Assembly: GCA_950097015.1 (NCBI GenBank) | Contig: CATNEN010000034.1 | Coordinates: 1,488,001-1,552,000 of the forward strand | Direction: 5' to 3' | Origin: Macrostomum hystrix | Lineage: Eukaryota > Animalia > Platyhelminthes | Length of the DNA stretch: 64,000 nt | Shown here: positions 59,601 to 64,000 of the stretch, in pieces | How the letters are laid out: each line of letters starts with the position of its first letter | How positions within the stretch are numbered: the first letter of the stretch is position 1 | The notes under the pieces: generated by a model | What the model saw: the letters and a program-made list of their open reading frames with translations, nothing else | The model's database searches: none | What the model was told of the DNA's origin: nothing | Position numbers and translations under genes: made by a program

Positions 59601-61711
59601 ACCAAGTAAAGGAAAAAGTTGATTTTAGGTACTAGTGGAAAGCTTAGGTAAAATTGTGTTAAAACTAATGCAAAAATCAATGTGTATGAGATTTAGTATT
59701 TAGACATTTTTATTTCTACAATTCAGTGCGTTTTTGGTTAAGTTTGAGAATAGGATTAAAGAGGTCTAGAAAGGCTGGATGATACAGATGTCGCACACAC
59801 ACACTACCCAAAAGTTGGACGAGATAGTCAGAGAATAGACAAAGAGAGGAGAGAGAGAGAGCAATAGCAATTAGTTACGGCTGTTCTAAAACACACACAC
59901 AAAAGCATAACTTGACTCCTATTTCCCAGCGTGTTTCGCTAGGCTAGAAAAAAAACTGGCCAAGTCCGCAGTGTGGCGGCTTATCTTTATCTTATATCAG
60001 GCTGATCTAGCTGGCTCTCCCTAACGGGTGAGTCATAGGCGGCTGCCAGCAGCATCTGCATCCGCTCATATACAATAGACATGGGGCCCGTTGGCGCGTA
60101 TATGATTTAATACGGATGCCGCAGAGACAGACAGACTGGAAGCAGTCTGATTTATGCATTTATTCTAGTCTAGAGCGGGTTGTGGTAATGGACGCCTAGC
60201 GGTTAGAGCGACTTAATAGTCTGGGGTTCGATTCTCAACTCCACTGGAGTCGCTTGAGTTCACCCAGCTATTAAATGGGTACCAGCATTAGTTGGGATAA
60301 TTCATGTTGGGTTTCAAAATCCCAGTTTAATTAGTATTTCTAAAAAAGCGAATGGCACATCAAGCCCGAGCTCACTCAGATCCCTGATGTGAAAGCTGTC
60401 CTGATCTCCTGGAATCTCTCCGGCCTTGTGCTCCTTCGGCTGCTGGTCGCCATAGGATATGACGTATTTGTCGGGCAGAACATTCGACGGACGCGTCCAG
60501 GACAGCAATATGGAGTCCCGCTTTTTAAGCACCACAATGTCCGATTCTTTAATGCGGAGCTTGTCGGCCATCGCGTCTGTGGAGCGCTCGTCCGGGTGCA
60601 ATTGAAGGGCTGGAATGTGATTGGTTAGACTTCAGGTAGCAACAAATAATGAAATAAGGTGACTTATTTTGGCCGAAGGTCGGGAGTTCGATTCTTGTCC
60701 TATCGTAAAATAAATCACGCTGTTCTACGAGTATAACGAGTACCGGCATCAGTTGGCATTGGCTTATATTCTATTATTTCTCGCATCTTAAAAATATATG
60801 TCTATAACACGATTGTAAAGATCTAATAAAAGCCCTTGCCATTTCGCCAACCCCCACTGAAAGGTTACTGAAATCACAATAAACTTTTATGCCCCCCGGC
60901 ATTGCCATGTCTCGGACTCGATGTTAGCTATTGTATCCGGGGACAATAAATATCTGATCAGTGAGGCTGACCAGTTTTGTAGCTTGTCCACACAGATAAG
61001 ACAGCAACAGTTGCCCTATAAAACTGACCAGAATCCTGTTGCACGCAGCCAATGCTAAGTCACAACTCGCAATATTGCATTTAACAACCAAAGCGCGTTA
61101 TTAATCAAGAAGGACAACTGTACGTACAGGAACAATAGGAATAGAATGACAGAGAGGGGGCGAGTGTCCGGTCTAACGCGTTTGCTTCTCGCGCCAAGGT
61201 CCCCGAGCTCGATTCCGCGGCGAGGCCAAAATTTACGAGGGCCAACCTCGAAGGCACAGTAAAATTGTACACTGACTCAGGGTAAGTCAGGGCAAGTCAG
61301 GGCAGATGTACACACCTGTGTGAGCGTGTGCCTACGTACGGTATCTGTCTGCGTGTGTACTCAGGAGTCAGCGAAATGGGCAGAATTGCCTCCTCGCTGG
61401 CTGCGGGTCTAGTGTCAATAATAATAATAATAATAACTGCAGGAGGGCTGCGGGCAATGGCACATCATTTCGGTGACTCTTAGTGGCCCTCATTCAGTGG
61501 CCCTCAAGGGCCGTAAATTGCACGACAAGCCCCCAAGCCTTCTCTCCGCGGCTGCGCCCCAAATAAATGTGGCCTCGACCGTGGAATCGAACTTAGGGAC
61601 TGTGGTGCGAGAGGCAAACGCGATAACCGCTCTGCCACCGGCCCCCCGGGTCTAGTGTCACCAAATGATGTGCCATTGCCCGCAGCCCTTCTGCGGGCAA
61701 TTATTATTATC

Positions 61712-61749
<38 letters not shown>

Positions 61750-63573
61750 TGTGTGTGTGGCGAATCCACTTCAGAGATATCAAATGTCCTGCATTCATAA
61801 ACCTTAGTATGCTTATCGTCGGCAATCTCCAAAGGACACAAAATCTCTTCAGCACTGTGACACCCCCTGCGACTGAAGCTTACGGGCGTCCAAGCGGGCC
61901 GCGCCAGTGTCGAATGGCAGCCAGGCTGTGTAGGGCCCCATTCCGTTAGCTGCGGAGCGGGCGGCAACGCGAACGGCGAATCGACGCCTCGCCGGCAGAT
62001 GACGAAGCTCGCACACGACGCCAGCCACAGTCAGCAGTCGCTCGCTGTCTGTACTAGCTCCGTTCTCCAATAGAGGCCGGTAGGCAACCGTGTAGTCGAC
62101 AATATCGGCGACGCCAGACGGCGGTTGCCAGGCAACGCGAACGACGCCGCCACGCGCCCATGCGGACAGACCGGAGGGTGACAACAGGCGGCCACCCAGC
62201 CTGATGCTGACTGTCGAGAAATTCAAAACAGCCGGCCTAGAAGCCCGACCATTCAAGCCAATGATCAAGGCGGACAGGCGATAGGCCACGCCGGGACGAA
62301 TGGAGAAATCGAAGAATTCAGCGTCGCAACTCGCCGTGGAAGCGGAGCCGCTAGCGTCATTGACGACTGCCGCAGCCTGCAGCAGCAGCCTGGAGATTAG
62401 AAGATAAACAAAATTTGAAGCTCTTTAAGATGATTTCATTAAATGATTAGCCAATAATTTGGTTGGGAACTTATCTGAAGTTTCAGGTGAACTTTAATGA
62501 CATTTCTAGTTGGGAATTCAAGAGAAAAAAATGCAATCGGCCTGTTGCTGACCCTTTCATTTTCGCCCAGCCTACCATTTCTATTCCTCCATTACACTTC
62601 CTGCTGCTTGGCTATCACTTCGGCAGTCTTGCGGAGCCTCCATTTCCATACCAACAAATAAGTTGGCTAAAATTTGACCCAAGGGGACAACCCGACGCCA
62701 ATCTGGCTGGGAATTTTATCCCGCCCTACCCCATTGCCTTAGCAGGTCCCCGGCGCTTCTCGTCCAAGACCCGGTCCCTGTCCCGCAGAGCGCACACTCA
62801 AAATAATGCTGCCTATGCCACTAGAAAAATGCCCAATCCTGTTGGGCTGGGATTGGGGCGCACTTCATCATATGCTACTCTATTATAATAGCGCCGAAGC
62901 CAAGGCGTAGGCAAATCTAGGGAAATCGGAGAGCAAAGAAAATTAGACTCTAGGGGCGCCCCGTTCGAGGCCACAGCCTGTCTACACTCCAAAGCAGCGA
63001 ATTTGGGAGGCCGGCAATATCAATTTCTTCCTCTAGGGGATTTGGCGACATCTGTCCAGCGCCGAGCAGGGATTCGATGAAATAGATATTTTCAGAGAGT
63101 GCAGCGGCTCCGGGCAGGCCCTATGGTGACGGGTCAGTTAAGGGCAACAAAAGAACGAAGGAAAAAAGCAGAAGAGAAAGAATAACAGAAACAGACCAGT
63201 TGGTTTATGCAGATAGCGAATGGCGAATGGCGAATGATAGGATCGACTACGATAATATGCCAAAACTAATTTGTGCAGAAAATTTACTCGAATATCGGAT
63301 TATCGGCTAGGGATTATAGAGCTATCCTCATTGATTGGCTACAGCAAGGCATCGATGCGAGACGAATAGAAATCGATCAATTGATTTCCCCCCAGTAGCC
63401 TTTCAAAGGCCAATTGTAGATCCCACAAAACAGAGATGAGTGCAATGAAGCAGAGCTGGCTTACTCGATCCTGGAGCAGCTGGCAGTCGCCAGCCGGTCC
63501 CAGATGATGCGGACCGTCCAGGCCGTCAGAGAGGCGACACGCAGGTTGGCTAGTTGGACAGGCAACAATGAGT
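48759..63573 (-). CDS. fra: Frazzled/DCC/neogenin (UNC-40) netrin receptor, 3' part; exons 63573-63465, 62389-61884, 60609-60376, 57087-56995, 56493-55843, 55423-55370, 55288-54596, 49696-49413, 48854-48759; 5' exons lie beyond the window
   Basis: Five FN3 repeats and TM WWLLIGGVFGLALLLLAISTGVVCAC. P1-like motif RTPDLCRHADFELRAMD (compare DCC PPDLWIHHEEMEMK). P3-like terminus MTKTLDGLIQDLKGLATREFEC* (compare LEGLMKDL..IT; Frazzled-type EFEC end). All phases (2,1,1,1,1,1,1,0) are compatible. Confidence 0.88.
48911..49265. repeat. 20-bp minisatellite GTCAGCTGAAGTGGTTGG(A/G)T, ~17 copies, last intron of frazzled
   Basis: Direct tandem copies. Confidence 0.95.
49737..49888. repeat. 21-bp minisatellite GTCACTCAAACTGTAGG(C/T)ACT, interrupted by the LTR element (continues 54534-54565)
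   Basis: The same units occur on both sides of the insertion. Confidence 0.9.
50222..51847 (-). CDS. Pol C-terminal part: end of RNase H plus integrase
   Basis: FTVHTDHCPL; HHCC zinc finger (AHEGLGGH...CQSCAVC); D,D(35)E (VAIDIV, IHSDQG, LAESGN); terminal RRYPVRRRMPVDRY. Separated from upstream pol by a frameshift. Confidence 0.93.
   Translation of the reverse strand: MALLKVFRHYLLGKHFTVHTDHCPLTYIDSQRIDSYGRLGRWRLLLQEFDFTVKYRRGVENSDADALSRLHAPEIAATQLTAEIGSEELKTAQRQDPELSQVIQAIVNEPDVPPRWRSGPLQQLSRIWRKLKLNDDGVLSRKFNDLDGLREVPVVPAFLRHQFLADAHEGLGGHFGAEKCYRTLKLTAYWPGMAEDVLQHCQSCAVCQEKKAGSQPKALLGELPIGSSWDSVAIDIVKVAPSSRGNHYLLVAQDQFSKYLTAVALPDQTAQTTARVFLSICSQAGLPRVIHSDQGPNFESQLFQDTLCGLGVTKTRTTAYNPKGNGLAESGNKSVLQLLRCFTERESEWEDKLPLILLSYNSRVHCSTRLPPLKVFTGRDPCLPVLSQQPRRFYDVRTYAYKLEADLLRIREFVEEHLVQAAGEQQSDYNRSAGQLRRFGQGDKVLLRIELRGSKLAPYWDTGWRVLSQRNLVVEIGKNGKTRRVNVNRLRPLFLPAPDVERFEQPPFAHELHGGGDAADELPQRRYPVRRRMPVDRYVPG
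51744..53564 (-). CDS. Pol N-terminal part: aspartic protease, reverse transcriptase, start of RNase H (entered by -1 frameshift from gag)
   Basis: ALLDTGS protease; RT motifs LRLTINYRELN, FSVLDLNGGYFQI, YQFKRMPQGL, FFDD; RH VFTDASGSGVGAIL and ATEKECLAIL. The frame is open upstream to the GGGAAAC site at 53558-53564. Confidence 0.92.
   Translation of the reverse strand, partial: GKRQRLGWAGPPPRPAVTAGSPAQVPGPALAVGGVFSGCSVTPDRLSQFECKLDGRSVKALLDTGSQCSLVDSSILTKSQLSRATSAGVQLHSVNKQPISIEWQIELPLTVGKVTALHLFYVVSDLVCPVIVGIDFIGKHRLQLDFKANPAAAGRICSARFQSETDDQVDIEDALVPEFSCVDFEPPTTDDPEVQRLLMEFKDVFKKKPGLTHLQQHRIVLADEVPVRVPPRRMPVHYREKTELLIQELLENDVIELSESPYVAPPVYVTKKDGSLRLTINYRELNKKTIRSAQGIPLMEEARDRIAGSTVFSVLDLNGGYFQIPLAEEDRQKTAFSPGPGMPLYQFKRMPQGLSGGPSTFCMLMSKVFNGCDFVFTFFDDSLCFSKTRKEHLLQLREALQRVRAAGLTLRGSKCKIAVPEVTFLGMRYSKEGAQPSKEKLEAIQQWKEPRSVKEIRQFIGLCNQYRRHVANFAAIAAPLHHLTGKGVAFEWTAECQAAFDELKICLMSPPILVNPDFSKEFAVFTDASGSGVGAILKQGDAVIEFSSRAFNSAEKKYSATEKECLAILHYLLGITQSLPALLAWQAFHGAHGSLPAHLHRFPENR
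53503..53564 (-). promoter_or_regulatory. -1 programmed ribosomal frameshift signal (G GGA AAC + 6-nt spacer + H-type pseudoknot)
   Basis: The heptamer is in the gag frame and a -1 shift enters the pol frame. 11-bp stem GGCUGGGGUGG/CCACCUCGGCC; loop GGGCCCG can pair with downstream CGGGUUC. Confidence 0.8.
53513..54316 (-). CDS. Gag with zinc knuckle
   Basis: ATG at 54316 just after the PBS; WLQRFE...W...L...LDGEAL capsid-type motif; knuckle CYNYCHKTGHIAKDC; stop TAA at 53513. Confidence 0.9.
   Translation of the reverse strand: MAEKASAALPRVFSAGYFKEWLQRFEVCAKVNKWDACKAERLATFLDGEALVVYLELSAADQAEFGKVTGALENAFHPDREHFAVMEAFKARRILASETPRMYLYELKKLLQSSAVVNVDAREALLFHQFICGLPDSVGWQIRADTNIKTSVQALEKAQLLMQHNPAATQAAAVQPRQSQSSEVQELRDTVQSLQASVSTLSTQLEQLAACGVRSSSTARPHRPRSDIVCYNYCHKTGHIAKDCYSRRQQSGNARGWGGRARHLGQQ
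54322..54340 (-). promoter_or_regulatory. Primer-binding site complementary to the 3' end of initiator tRNA-Met
   Basis: TGGTAGCAGAGCGTGGTTT, 2 nt from the 5' LTR; eukaryotic tRNAi-Met ends ...AAACCnnnCTCTGCTACCA. Confidence 0.85.
55503..55822. repeat. 21-bp minisatellite CATCTAACAGGGTCATTAACC, ~15 copies
   Basis: Direct tandem copies starting ~20 nt from the minus-strand donor at 55842. Confidence 0.92.
56515..56730. repeat. (CTGT)n tetranucleotide microsatellite, degenerate
   Basis: Lies just upstream (minus strand) of the acceptor at 56494. Confidence 0.9.
57877..59047. repeat. 38/39-bp minisatellite TGACTCTGACCCAATGTGTTGGGAGGTGGGTCATGCC(C/AT), ~30 copies
   Basis: Direct tandem copies with variants. 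Confidence 0.95.
60173..60310 (+). mobile_element. Third copy of the CORE-like tRNA-SINE family
   Basis: TAGCGGTTAGAGCG...GGGGTTCGATTCTCAAC...GAGTTCACCCAGCTATTAAATGGGTACCAGCATTAGTTGGGATAATTC matches the 1700-1875 copy. Confidence 0.65.
61157..61710 (+). mobile_element. tRNA-derived SINE (host copy, 61157-61417 plus 61661-61710), split by a nested SINE
   Basis: Head CGCGTTTGCTTCTCGCGCCAAGGTCCCCGAGCTCGATTCCGCGGCGAGGCCA; 3' tail AAATGATGTGCCATTGCCCGCAGCCCTTCTGCGGGC followed by (ATT)n. Confidence 0.7.
61418..61646 (-). mobile_element. Complete 229-bp tRNA-derived SINE with 14-bp TSD and (TTA)n tail
   Basis: A box TGGCAGAGCGG, B box AGTTCGATTCC, (TTA)6 tail; TSD CGGGTCTAGTGTCA at 61404-61417 and 61647-61660. 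Confidence 0.85.
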
Positions 63574-64000
63574 CTGAAAATAATCACGCTGCAATAGTCT
63601 GCTCTGACAAGAAGAAATAATAAAACTGCGATTGTCGAACGCAAATTAATCTTCTAGGAATAAGCACAGCCGACAAGTCACTTCCGCCCTTCAAATTTGG
63701 TTTTATGATCTAGAATGGCTAGCATAGCGTCGCAATGAATTATTGATTTTCAAATTTCAGTGCCACTCAGTCAGGCCTCAGATTTGTCCAACAATGGGAT
63801 CAACAGAGAGGAAATTCGGGAATAGAGGCTTAGGCAAATATTAGTTGCGTAGCTTCAAGGCATTCCAGGAACTAGGCAATTTCAGATGAAGATGGGATCG
63901 CAAAGGTACCCTAATGGGATCTTAAGGTATTCTTGATGGGATCTTAAGTGAGTGTTAATGGGATCTTAGGACAGTCTTGGTGGGACTTCTAGGTTCTTAA

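Overview
Eukaryotic (metazoan) genomic DNA, not prokaryotic. It has spliceosomal introns, GC-rich exons, AT-rich intergenic DNA and roughly 20 kb (~30%) of short-period tandem repeats. This architecture resembles a free-living flatworm such as Macrostomum, but that is an unverified inference. All gene models were assembled by hand with exon phases checked. Genes in order: a 5'-truncated purple acid phosphatase (ACP7-like, +); an orphan type II membrane protein (+, 4 exons); a calmodulin-like gene (+, 2 exons); a 7-exon minus-strand gene encoding a 912-aa signal-peptide protein; two tandem CD164/porimin-like sialomucins (+); a 4-finger C2H2 gene (-); and the 3' part of a frazzled/DCC/neogenin netrin receptor (-). 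The 912-aa protein has TWO tandem GPR158/GPR179-type Cache+EGF modules, a linker bracketed by furin-type sites, a GPI-like tail and no 7TM domain; it is the most novel item here. A young full-length Ty3/Gypsy element sits in the sense orientation in a cytoplasmic-domain intron of the netrin receptor. It has 191-bp LTRs with 1 mismatch, a CTGT TSD, a tRNA-iMet PBS, and a GGGAAAC slippery site plus pseudoknot for -1 frameshifting. The window also holds tRNA-derived SINEs (one nested pair) and more than 25 distinct minisatellites, mostly one private array per intron. Most long ORFs in the supplied track are artefacts of these repeats.
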